A DNA stretch of 63,568 nt, filler included, from Octopus bimaculoides (lineage: Eukaryota), in assembly GCF_001194135.2 (NCBI RefSeq). It is 8 parts of 8 records of this genome, joined end to end, with 100 filler letters (N's around TTAATTAATTAA, not from the genome) between each part and the next. Parts side by side here need not be neighbours in the genome. Positions count along the whole stretch, not along the records: positions 51,645 to 54,391 come from NW_026348133.1; positions 54,492 to 59,389 come from NC_068983.1; positions 59,490 to 62,304 come from NC_068981.1; positions 62,405 to 63,568 come from NC_069002.1; 4 more parts are not named here. One strand, given 5' to 3'. The notes under the pieces were generated by a model. It searched no databases. It saw nothing but the letters and a program-made list of their open reading frames with translations, and was not told the DNA's origin. This document shows, piece by piece, positions 51,650-63,568 of the stretch. Each line of letters begins with the position of its first letter. The first letter of the stretch is position 1. Both the position numbers and the translations under genes were made by a program.

Positions 51650-52600
51650 GTGATAAAATGTTATATTTAATTGAAGTTTAATTATCGATGGCTGCTGCGA
51701 AAGTTATGTCCCCCAAATGCTTTTGTAAACTAAGAAACAAACGGTAGTCTGAAGGAGCAATGTCGGGAGAATCAGGTGGATGAGTAATTTTTTCCAACCA
51801 AGCTCTTCGATCTTCGTGATGTGATCTTTGCAGTGCGGGGTCGCGCATTGTCCTGATGAAACATCACTCCTTTTCGATTCACTAAATGGGTCTTTTCTTC
51901 AAAGCTTAGTTCAAACTCTCACATTCCTGACAGTAGACTTGAGCATTGATTGATGCATTAGGTGGTAACAATTCAAAGTGAATTACTTATTTGTAGTCCC
52001 ACCAGATAGAGAAAAGAACCTGTTTCCCATGAAGTTCCCTTCTAGGCTGTGGATGAGCTTTTCCCCTTTTACCACGCCACAGTTTACGACGTTTAACATT
52101 TCGATAGAAGATTCCTTTTTCATCATCAGTCACAAGTCTATCCAAAAAGGGTGTACTGTGTTCGTGATAGTGGAGAGAAAGCAGATGTCAACTCGGGATT
52201 CGAGGTTGCTTTCGGACAATTCATGAGGCACCCATTTTACAAGTTTAGGAACTTTCCAAGTTGTTGAATAAGACGATGAACATTTGTATGGTTTGAACTA
52301 AGCTTTATTGCCAATTATACAACTGATGATGCAGGATGTTCTTCAAGTAACGACTCAAGTAGCTTATCATCAAACTCAACTGGACGTCCTACTCAATCTT
52401 TAACTTCAAGGGTGAAATCTCCACTTCTGAATTTTGCTAGCCATCTTTTGCAAGTTCTTTCATTCAAGCATTCTTTTTCATAAACTGAGTGTACGTTTCG
52501 AGTCGCTTCGTCTGCAGAGTTTCCTTTCTAGTACTCATAAACCATTATGTGCCTCATATGGTCTTTGGATACTTTCCTGTTAGAAAGGATTTTAATCAAG
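51650..52600 (-). mobile_element. mariner (DD34D) transposase pseudogene
   Basis: Minus strand: MRHIMVYEY*KGNSADEAT..ERTCKRWLAKFRSGDF..GRPVEFDD; FHQDNARP..HPPDSPDIAPSDYRLF. Confidence 0.9.
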
Positions 52601-53371
52601 GAAATTTTAATTCTATTATTCTGTAAAATGATAATTTAATCAGTTTAAATGTACACAAATGCATAAAAATAATTTTAGTTCCATTAGACATTCTAAAATG
52701 CTATTAAATTTCATTCAATTTTAAAAAAAGGTAAAATCGGACAGAACTCATGGGATGACCTGACATATATGTGTGTGTATGTGTGTGTGTTTGTATATAT
52801 GTATTTATGTATGTATGTATGTATACAAAGGTATATACGTTTCTACTCTAGGCACAAGGGCAGTAATTTGGGGAAGGGGATGAGTAATAAAAATAATAAT
52901 ATGCTCTGAGGTAATACCAGCTCTCATGGNNNNNNNNNNNNNNNNNNNNNNNNNNNNNNNNNNNNNNNNNNNNNNNNNNNNNNNNNNNNNNNNNNNNNNN
53001 NNNNNNNNNNNNNNNNNNNNNNNNNNNNNNNNNNNNNNNNNNNNNNNNNNNNNNNNNNNNNNNNNNNNNNNNNNNNNNNNNNNNNNNNNNNNNNNNNNNN
53101 NNNNNNNNNNNNNNNNNNNNNNNNNNNNNNNNNNNNNNNNNNNNNNNNNNNNNNNNNNNNNNNNNNNNNNNNNNNNNNNNNNNNNNNNNNNNNNNNNNNN
53201 NNNNNGATGCGTAGTTTTCTTGAATAGCATTCTTCATCTCACATTCCACTTTGATCAGTTGAACACCCGCAGCGTTGTGAAACATGCACTGTTCAGGTAA
53301 TGTCTGTTTGATGGAGAGACTGAGCTAAGATAAAGCACCCGTATCTATATATACATATACATGTAGATATT

Positions 53372-53427
<56 letters not shown>

Positions 53428-54109
53428 AGTGTATATACGTATAAATATATGCATATGTATATATAAACATATATATGTGTATGTGTGTGTGTTTGTATAT
53501 ATGTATTTATGTATGTATGTATGTATACAAAGGTATATACGTTTCTACTCTAGGCACAAGGGCAGTAATTTGGGGAAGGGGATGAGTAATAAAAATAATA
53601 ATATGCTCTGAGGTAATACCAGCTCTCATGGCCTCTGATCTTAACTGACTGAAAGTGTTATCATATATACGATTTGTATTGGTATAAAAAGATGGGCTAC
53701 AGCAAATCTTCTGCTCAAATCCACAGATTTGCTTGTCGGCTGCTCCATATCTGACCTGTTTAGTATTAAAGGCCGTGGGTAAATCAATGAACTGGGACCT
53801 GCCGTGTGTTTCTATTCACAGCAGCTACAGCGTACATAGGTCAAAACAAGGTCCCTACACCGGAGAAGCTCCCGGACAATTGGTCAATGAGCCCATGGCT
53901 TAAGGCAGGTTTGGCTGAGAGGAATTTCTGATAATTGACATACGACTTTCCAACTAACTCTCAAAAGATCATTTTATTTATTTAAACATAATTTCAGATG
54001 GGGTAGATAAAGATTATATCAACTGAAAGAAGTCCTGCGATTGTATCTATCTATCTATATCTATTTGTATATGAGTCTGTGTGTTTGTGGGTGCGCATGT
54101 GCGTGTGTA

Positions 54110-54315
54110 TGTCTTTGTTTCAGTGTTTGTCTTCCACCCCCGCTTGACAACCGGTGTTAATGCATTCATGTCCCCGTAAACTATCGGTTCGGCAAACGAC
54201 CCCGATAAAATTAGTTCTAGGCATTGGAAAGTATCGTTTGATCGATTTGTTTGGCTAAAACCCTTAAATGCGGTGCTCTAGCATGGCCATAGTCAAATGA
54301 CTGAAACAAGAAGGA
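54110..54315 (+). mobile_element. SINE family A, 3' part
   Basis: cgcttgacaaccggtgtt..gtccccgtaa..ggtgctctagcatggccatagtcaaatgactgaaacaag. Confidence 0.75.
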
Positions 54316-54650
54316 GATGAAAAATGAAATATGCATTTGCATAAGTTTATATATTATATATATATGTGTACATTTATGTACATATATATATNNNNNNNNN
54401 NNNNNNNNNNNNNNNNNNNNNNNNNNNNNNNNNNNTTAATTAATTAANNNNNNNNNNNNNNNNNNNNNNNNNNNNNNNNNNNNNNNNNNNNTCTTCCTCC
54501 ACGTCTTCCTCCTCTTCCTCCACGTCTTCCTCCACGTCTTCCTCCTCTTCCTCCACCCTTCCAGTTCTTCCTCCAGCTCTTCCTCCAGCTCTTCCTCCAC
54601 CTCTTCCTCCACCTCTTCTTCTTCCTCTTCCTCTTCCTCCTCCACGTCTT

Positions 54651-54683
<33 letters not shown>

Positions 54684-54790
54684 GTTGTAGTTGGTTGTAT
54701 ATTAGGTGTTGTCAGTCTATTACATTGTATTTTACTTCGTAAGAATACTATATCAAAGTTCGGTGACAACAGATCTAAAATCTACAGATA

Positions 54791-55205
54791 GGCGCAGGAG
54801 TGGCTGCGTGGTAAGTAGCTTGCTTACCAACCACATGGTTCCGGGTTCAGTCCCACTGCGTGGCACCTTGGGCGAGTGTCTTCTACCATAGCCTCGAGCC
54901 GACCAAAGCCTTGTGAGTGGATTTGGTAGACGGAAACTGAAAGAAGCCCGTCGTATATATGTGTGTGTGTTTGTGTGTCTGTGTTTGTGCCCCCCCCAAA
55001 TCGCTTGACAACCGATGCTGGTGTGTTTACGTCCCCGTAACTTAGCTGTTCTGCAAAAGAGACCGATACAATAAGTACTGGGCTTACAAAGAATAAGTCC
55101 TGGGCTTACAAAGAATAAGTCCTGGGTCGAATTTGCTCGACTAAAGGTGGTGCTCCAGCATGGTCGCAGTCAAATGACTGAAACAAGTAAAAGAGTAAAA
55201 GAGTA
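54791..55205 (+). mobile_element. SINE family A, full-length reference copy (tRNA head plus CORE-like block)
   Basis: ggcgcaggagtggctgcgtggtaagtagc..gggttcagtccc..ggcaccttgggcgagtgtcttc..(AAAGAGT) tail; consistent with octopus tRNA-derived CORE-type SINEs (from recall). Confidence 0.9.
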
Positions 55206-55800
55206 ATCTTTCTCAGGATTTTTCCAGAACACAGGAAAAATAACTTTTCTGCATATCGACAATGCTCCAGTTTCTTGTGGAGTAGTTTGTGTGTTGTGCT
55301 AAATGCATCGTCACAAGAACAATTGCCATCTGCAATCTTTTCATTTCTCTGGCTAACTCTTAATATTTCTTAATCTTTGTTTAGGTATCCATTCAATTAT
55401 AATATAATAATACAAATTCTATGATCTAATACAATATTTTAACCTCTGAAATTATATCTGGACTCCTCGGACCAACAAAAAGGTCGATTTTTAAGGACAA
55501 ATCCCACAAAATCTTTCAATTATTATTCACTGTATCAACTTCAGGTTTGTGCTCATATCACGTTTAAGTCACTTTGAATCCATACACTTGGGTACTATCC
55601 CAATACAGTCTTTTACCAACACAATCATGCCGGTGCTTATACATTTTTGTTCAAGCTTACTGCATTCATTTAAATGTACATTAATGCTTACATCTCTTTT
55701 CTAACAGGTTCTGCGTTTGCTTTCTGATTGGGTTTTATCAATCTTGGACTTTATTAAGTTTCTGCAGTACTTCGATGTTTTTAAGTGTAATAAATTAATT
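55206..55800 (-). mobile_element. R4/Dong-like RLE retrotransposon 3' fragment
   Basis: Minus strand: IKSKIDKTQSESK, ECSKLEQK..RHDCVGKRLYW, KILWDLS..RSPDII, KIKKY*ELAREMKK, MQK..GKILRKI. Confidence 0.8.
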
Positions 55801-56902
55801 TTCATTTTGGCTTTCTTTTCAGACTATCATTTAAGATTTTGTAATGTCTAGTACCAGCTTGGGTTAGACTACAAAGTCTTTAAAATTAAATATTTCCATT
55901 CCATTTTATTGTCGAAAGCTAAAGCAAAAGTGCCTTTATTTTCGTGGGATTAGGCCTGCAAAGAAGATTATATAGAAAAATACCTACTGTATAATAGACA
56001 CGAAAACTATGTAAAGTAATATAAACGTACGCACAAACAAAAATGATAGAAAATGATAAATGTAATAGTATTCCAATATAAAGTTAGTGGGACAGATGAC
56101 ACATTTAACAACAACATCATCATCATTATCAACAACAACAACAACAGCGACTAGTGTATACATTCATGTACTAAGTTTTAAGAATAACAAAACGCTTTCT
56201 TTCACAATCACTTCAACGAACATTCCCTAAACAACGATAATTCTGCTAAAAGAACTAATGTTTCAAGAATTTGTCCACAAGACAATAACTAACGTTTCGA
56301 AATCCAAAGCAGGAGCGAGCGAGAGAAGAAAATTAGTGAACCTTTGATTTGTCAAAGCAGCAAACTTTCCTTCTTTCAGCATAACGACAGTTGGAGACAG
56401 TCTTGTAATATCTCCTTCATTGGGAGAAAGCGGATGCCGGGTACGATATATGTCATTGTCAGCACAAATTTTATAGCATTCTTATCCGTAAGTTGGTGTA
56501 ATAGTATTTTATAAGTTGTGTTACAAGGGTTGCCATCTAAGTCCTAGATGGATCAAGGAAGTTGTTTCCGAATGTGAGTCTACGCACTATTCTTTTCACT
56601 GTTTCGTTCTCCTGTCGTGTTTTCTGTTCGCCGCTACATTCCTCCGCATTACAAATTTAATTTGTTTCCGCGGGAAGAGCCATTCTAACAATGCGTCCTG
56701 CCCTAACTCTTCGAAACGCTTAGTTTTAGAATGGTGGTAGCTTATGAAGGAAATGTTCTCTATGTGGCCTGTGTGTTTTCTGTGCTCTGTTTATGTTCCG
56801 TTATGTTCCGCGTTTTTTGTGACGTCCTGTACCCAGATATGCATCTATATGTACATGTAGATGTAGGTATGTACATACATGCATATACTCACATATTATT
56901 TG

Positions 56903-56933
<31 letters not shown>

Positions 56934-58671
56934 GCACGGNNNNNNNNNNNNNNNNNNNNNNNNNNNNNNNNNNNNNNNNNNNNNNNNNNNNNNNNNNNNN
57001 NNNNNNNNNNNNNNNNNNNNNNNNNNNNNNNNNNNNNNNNNNNNNNNNNNNNNNNNNNNNNNNNNNNNNNNNNNNNNNNNNNNNNNNNNNNNNNNNNNNN
57101 NNNNNNNNNNNNNNNNNNNNNNNNNNNNNNNNNNNNNNNNNNNNNNNNNNNNNNNNNNNNNNNNNNNNNNNNNNNNNNNNNNNNNNNNNNNNNNNNNNNN
57201 NNNNNNNNNNNNNNNNNNNNNNNNNNNNNNNNNNNNNNNNNNNNNNNNNNNNNNNNNNNNNNNNNNNNNNNNNNNNNNNNNNNNNNNNNNNNNNNNNNNN
57301 NNNNNNNNNNNNNNNNNNNNNNNNNNNNNNNNNNNNNNNNNTATATATATATATATATATCTGTATTTATATTCAACTTCCAAGTGCTCTTATGGCGAAG
57401 AGCTAATGAACCCGAGGTTATAGACGGACACGCCCTCAAGGAACTGCGAAGTGGCCGTTTACCCAAAAGTACCGGGTGGCGAAGTGAATTTCTCACTCGC
57501 ACAGTCAAAAACATACCTATGTTCTTTATTATTTACATCTCTTCTTGATCTCTGGCATTGGACCATGACGGTGCATATAGAACCGCCTTTTAAGATATAC
57601 TTATTGACACCTATTTCAATACTTATTTTATCGAGCTGGGCAGAATGTGTATTGTAATCTAGTTTAATATCGCATTTTTTTTTATTCGCAAAAATGTTAT
57701 TAGAAAATAGAAAATAAAAGCAGATAAGAAATGTTAATTCTCTTCAAATTGATTAGAATGTACTTGAACTACCCCTAATACCTAGAAAAGATACAAGAGA
57801 TGAAACCGCTCATGTAAAGCAATGAAAACAAAGCAATTATATATACATATAAACATGTATATATTTACACGCACAGGTGTATAAAAACCAATATTTTACT
57901 ATAAACTAAATAACCGAATGACTGTAAACTAGTACTAAATAACCTGTCTTTAGGGAAATAAACGGAAGACGTCAGAAATCTGATGAAAATCTATCTATTT
58001 ATCAATTAAAGATTACGTAAGGAAAGCCACCCTATTTCCTCTCGAGAAGAAATGACGTGTTATGAAGTTGTAAATGTTGATAATGAACGGGCGAGAAAAT
58101 TATAACCCTTACATAAGTTTTAACTTGTTTATCGAATGTACAATTGTTGTATATACATATCGTTGTTGTTGCTTAGCACCTGGTTAGATCTAGCGGAGCA
58201 TATAATTCATCAAAGGCATTATAACCACGAACATCATGCCTCATCAGATGTAGGTTTTCTTCTATTTTTTTAGTTTAACTCAGACTGCATTAACTAATTC
58301 TTTCTTCGTTTCCTTGAAGATAATTTGGTGTGATTTGAAAGAAATTTGTCTACCATTTCTTGTAGACAGAGCAGCCGGACAGAGGTTCCCATATTTGGTT
58401 CGTTTGTGTGTTGTAGCTAGAAATGATGTATTATAAATATCATTCGTGGACTAATTAAATTATGAAAAAAGGAGGTGTTTTGTAAATGCTTAGAAAAACA
58501 GCGATGCTTAAGAGCATAACATGTATATTAGTGATTCTGATTTCAATTTTCACCATCGGGCCGCTTTCGACCCAAATACACAAACCTACACACATACCCA
58601 TTTAGATTAATTAGGTAGGAAATCATGTCGCATTTTTGATACGATCATTTTGGAAGTACTCTTTCTATGTT

Positions 58672-59052
58672 GTTGGCACTCCGTCGCTTACGACGACGAG
58701 GGTTCCAGTTGATCCGATCAACGGAACAGCCTGCTCGTGAAATTAACGTGCAAGTGGCTGAGCATTCCACAGGCACGTGTACCCTTAACGTAGTTTTCGG
58801 GGATATTCAGCGTGACACAGTGTGACAAGGCTGACCCTTTGAATTACAGGTACAACAGAAACAGGAAGTAAGAGTGAGAGAAAGTTGTGGTGAAAGAGTA
58901 CAGCAGGGTTCGCCACCATCCCCCGCCGGAGCCTCGTGGAGCTTTAAGTGTTTTCGCTCAATAAACACTCACAACGCCCGGTCTGGGAATCGAAACCGCA
59001 AACCTATGACCGCGAGTCCACTGCCCTAACCACTGGGCCATTGCACCTCCAC
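58672..59052 (-). mobile_element. SINE family B1, full length
   Basis: Minus head gtggaggtgcaatggcccagtggttagggc..ggtttcgattccc; tail cgacggagtgccaaca. Confidence 0.9.
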
Positions 59053-59491
59053 TACTCTTTCTATAGTTACGGTAAAATAAGCATTAATTTTTCTTCCTTT
59101 CTCCTTTACTATATACCATAGTGGTTAAATATGTATCAATTTTGACTTACCATTTTAAAACGAGCTTACATCAGACCCGACACTGAAAGTATCATTTTAC
59201 ACTTAACACTTAAAGGTGGTGCTCCAGCATAGCCTGCTCCTAGCATCTGATGAGTTGGACTATCTTACGGGCCAATGAAACATTAAGTTATGCAGTGGAT
59301 CAGTCAGACTGTTATCAAAAATATATGTAATTCCTACCAATTGGGTTGAGTGCTGCTACATTTCGTTTATTCATATATATATATATATANNNNNNNNNNN
59401 NNNNNNNNNNNNNNNNNNNNNNNNNNNNNNNNNTTAATTAATTAANNNNNNNNNNNNNNNNNNNNNNNNNNNNNNNNNNNNNNNNNNNNTA

Positions 59492-59662
59492 TATATACGA
59501 CAGGCTTCTTTCAGTTTCCGTCTACCAAATCCACTCACAAAGCTTTGGTCGGCCCGAGGCTATAGTAGATGACACTTGCCCGAGATGCCACGGAGTGGGA
59601 ATGAACCCGGAACCATGTGGTTGGTAAGCAAGCTACTTACCACACAGCCACTCCTGCGCCTG
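59492..59662 (-). mobile_element. SINE family A, 5' half
   Basis: Reverse complement of the head of 54791. Confidence 0.85.
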
Positions 59663-59800
59663 TTATTTATCTGTATTTTGGGGGGGATTTTGGAAGCGCT
59701 GTGCCCAATGCTTTCGTGTCCCCTCTAAGGCTAACGAAATTACCGCAGCTACCGTTCTTCTTGACATACTAAGTTTGAAAATAAACTGAATTGTCGAAGC

Positions 59801-59989
59801 CAGTGTCAGATTTAGAGTTAGTGGGATCCAAACTTATATAATGATTAGAGGGACCCTTGTAAAAAAAAATTTATATCAGATCTCAAAATATCTGAGAAAT
59901 TTTATGTCTTGTGATTATTTTTGAGGCTTTTGCAAACTGTGAGGGCCTGGAGTTGTAACTTATTAAACTTGCGGCTAAATCCGGCATTG
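59801..59989. mobile_element. MITE with 15-bp imperfect TIRs
   Basis: cagtgtcagatttag ... ctaaatccggcattg (12/15 match); no clear TSD. Confidence 0.45.
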
Positions 59990-60289
59990 ACCAACCCTGT
60001 TGATCATACGTCTGCTTAATAAGTACAAACCTGGTGCTAAGCAAAAAGAATGACGGGATGGTCGTAGATCAACTCTGTCGAGGCTGACCTAGGGTCAAAC
60101 CAATAACGTGAAAGTCGTTGTGCTTATTCTTTTTACCTTTTTTTGTTCCATTTATTTGACTCACTTCAAAGTATTCCTTACATCAGTGTTTCTCTGTCAT
60201 CGATGCCAACCATATTTGGTAGAAGCACAACAGAACGAGGATTACATTAGCATCATTAATATCCGTTCTCTAGGTCTTTCTCTTTCTAA

Positions 60290-60397
60290 CTCTCCCCCTT
60301 CTCCCTCTATCTTGCTCTCCCTCTACCTTTATCTCCCTCTACTTTTCTCTCCCTCTACATTTCTCTCTCTCTCTACCTTTCTCTCTATCTCTCTCTC

Positions 60398-60440
<43 letters not shown>

Positions 60441-60558
60441 ATTTATCTGTCTATCTATCAATCTATGTCACTAATTATCTCTTCCTCTCTCTTTCTAATT
60501 CTCTTTCGTCTCTCTCTCTCTCTCTCTCTCTCTCGCATACTTACTTTCTCTTCTCTCC

Positions 60559-60612
<54 letters not shown>

Positions 60613-60835
60613 CTATCTCTCGCTCTCTCTCTCTTTCTTTCTATCTATCTCTCTCTCTCGCTCTCTTTCTCTTTCTCCCAGTCTCTCTCACTCCCTCATC
60701 ATCTCCGTTCCTCAACTACCCTCTCTTTATTCTCGAACCCTAACCCTAACTCTTTTCCTCTCACACCTTCTCCTTTTCCCTCTCTCCCTGTCCCATATTT
60801 CTTTTTTCTCTCACCTCCTTCTCCTCAGTCCCTTA

Positions 60836-60879
<44 letters not shown>

Positions 60880-60890
60880 CTTTCTCTCTC
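60290..60890. repeat. Degenerate (TC)n/(TCTA)n polypyrimidine tract
   Basis: Direct read; explains the LS-rich ORF. Confidence 0.9.
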
Positions 60891-61487
60891 TCACAAACAT
60901 ACACTTTTGCTTGGCCTGTTACCTTCACCTCCCAACAAACCCCCCTCATCGTCTTACTACAGCTCCCTCTATATCTCTTCTTCCTTTTTATAATACTCGA
61001 GCTGTTTTGTTTAACTTAGGGACACATNNNNNNNNNNNNNNNNNNNNNNNNNNNNNNNNNNNNNNNNNNNNNNNNNNNNNNNNNNNNNNNNNNNNNNNNN
61101 NNNNNNNNNNNNNNNNNNNNNNNNNNNNNNNNNNNNNNNNNNNNNNNNNNNNNNNNNNNNNNNNNNNNNNNNNNNNNNNNNNNNNNNNNNNNNNNNNNNN
61201 NNNNNNNNNNNNNNNNNNNNNNNNNNNNNNNNNNNNNNNNNNNNNNNNNNNNNNNNNNNNNNNNNNNNNNNNNNNNNNNNNNNNNNNNNNNNNNNNNNNN
61301 NNNNNNNNNNNNNNNNNNNNNNNNNNNNNNNNNNNNNNNNNNNNNNNNNNNNNNNNNNNNNNNNNNNNNNNNNNNNNNNNNNNNNNNNNNNNNNNNNNNN
61401 NNNNNNNNNNNNNNNNNNNNNNNNNNNNNNNNNNNNNNNNNNNNNNNNNNNNNNNNNNNNNNNNNNNNNNNNNNNNNNNNNNNNNNN

Positions 61488-61544
61488 TATTATTATCATT
61501 ATTATTATTATTATCATTGTCATTATTATTATTATTATCATTAC

Positions 61545-61616
<72 letters not shown>

Positions 61617-61650
61617 CATCATCATTATTATTTATTTATTTATTTATTTA
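61488..61650. repeat. (TTA)n microsatellite
   Basis: Direct read. Confidence 0.95.
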
Positions 61651-62250
61651 ATTTTTTTAATTAATGAAGATCGTTAGTGACATTATATAGTTTGGTACTG
61701 TTATTGTCATTATTCGTCCATTGCCTTTTATTCTTTATGCTATTTTCTCTAAGATCGGTCTTTTTGTAAGCTCCATACCGCTTTCTGTCTTAACTTGTTT
61801 TCAGTTGTATGGTTTTACCCTGCTGACTACAATTAAATCCTCTTTTATTGTACGGACTTGACAATATTGCTTTTTTATTTGTTCTTATTACTTCCATAAC
61901 TTTACAATATTTTTCATAGTTTTATTTTTCTGTGTGTGGGTTTGTGGGTATGTGGAAAGTTCGGAGCAAAGTGTTTTGTTGTTTTTTTTTTTATTCCACC
62001 ACCACCAATACCACCACCACCACTACTACCAGCATGTTTGTATTATACAATTCCGTTAAGGAAGCTAGTCCTCATTAATTAGTTTTGCCGATGGTAGAAT
62101 TTCAAAGCGGAATCACTAGCCAACACAATTCTCATCGATTATTTTGTTTCCCTTCATACACATCGTCATTATCCTCTTTAGTTTTCATAAGTGATTGTCC
62201 TCAAACACTGTAACCCCACTCAGTTGTACCTATGAAACCGTGTGTATGCA

Positions 62251-62304
<54 letters not shown>

Positions 62305-62404
62305 NNNNNNNNNNNNNNNNNNNNNNNNNNNNNNNNNNNNNNNNNNNNTTAATTAATTAANNNNNNNNNNNNNNNNNNNNNNNNNNNNNNNNNNNNNNNN
62401 NNNN

Positions 62405-62459
<55 letters not shown>

Positions 62460-62720
62460 ATATATATACACATATATGCGTGTGTGTGAGCGTATGTATA
62501 TATATGCGTGTGTATATACATACGCATGTATGTGTGTGTTTATATATATAAATAAATATATGCATATACGTATGAATGTGTATATGTATATATAAATATA
62601 TATATTTATACATGTGTGTGTGTGTGTTTGTATGTCTGTGTGTGTTTGTATGTGTGTGTTTGTGTGTGTGTATTATATTTATAACGTAAAAAACACGTAT
62701 TTAGGCATATGCAAGCATGT

Positions 62721-62777
<57 letters not shown>

Positions 62778-62881
62778 TTAAGAATATTCAGAATGATATT
62801 TTATATATCTATACTTATGACATATATACATACACACGTATACATACACACATGCATATGTATAGATATATATTATACAAA

Positions 62882-62973
<92 letters not shown>

Positions 62974-63568
62974 TGTATAAATGTATATATATATATACAT
63001 ATATACAGATCATATACATGTGCGTATAATTAAATACGCATATTTAAATTCCCCATAATTAAGGCATGCATACACACACACATACACAAATATATATATA
63101 TACTGTGTCGTCTTGTAAGTGTCATTGCGCCAATAATAATAATAAACACACGCACAGGTTCAATATCACTTCTTTATAGTTCATTAATTGTCAACCGATT
63201 GCCCAAAATACAACAAACCATAACCGGATATACATATATATATATATATACATATGTCAAAGTACATATGTATTTGCTTTCATGTATGTAGATATATTTT
63301 CATGAGATCGTTTCAACACACTCTCTCAAATCAAATCGTTCGCCTGCCAGATACAACTCCGTGAATCTATTATAGACAGATTATGTAAATTTATCTATTT
63401 ACATAATGTAATGAATTTGGAGAAGTGTCAGGCAAGAAATGCTGGTTATTGATGTGCGTGTGTGTGTGACACAGTATGTGCTTGTGTCTGTGTGTTTGTG
63501 CATATATTTATAATGTGTATTATGATGTTGTAAATACATACATATATTTCTGTATGGATATATATATA

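Noticed and set aside
52777-53630. ~150-bp direct repeat (52777-52928 vs ~53478-53630)
   Set aside because: The copies look identical and the first ends at a gap, so it is probably an unmerged contig overlap.

Overview
Eukaryotic (metazoan) draft-assembly DNA: AT-rich, full of microsatellites and N-gaps. The SINE repertoire and repeat landscape look like Octopus; this is from recall and was not searched. The one host gene I can support is a + strand villin/gelsolin-family gene, seen as 9 small exons between 17568 and 40980. They splice into about 252 aa covering gelsolin repeats G4 (second half), G5 and G6. One G6 exon is missing and probably starts in the N-gap at 37632. The N-terminal exons and any headpiece exons were not found. 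The rest is a mosaic of decayed mobile elements: two Ty3/Gypsy, two RTE LINEs, five R4/Dong-like fragments, one CRE-like RLE fragment, Penelope, Jockey/I-like, mariners, MITEs, Helitron-like elements and several tRNA-derived SINE families. There are also long inverted repeats and a ~340-bp dispersed/foldback repeat. I found no clear new biological system. The best leads are a Glu-to-Asn change at the G4 Ca2+ site (an AAT codon that A-to-I editing could turn into Asp), intronic inverted repeats, the hidden exon, the foldback repeat and an orphan exon candidate at 56380. TE boundaries are approximate (tens of bp). Exon coordinates were counted by hand.
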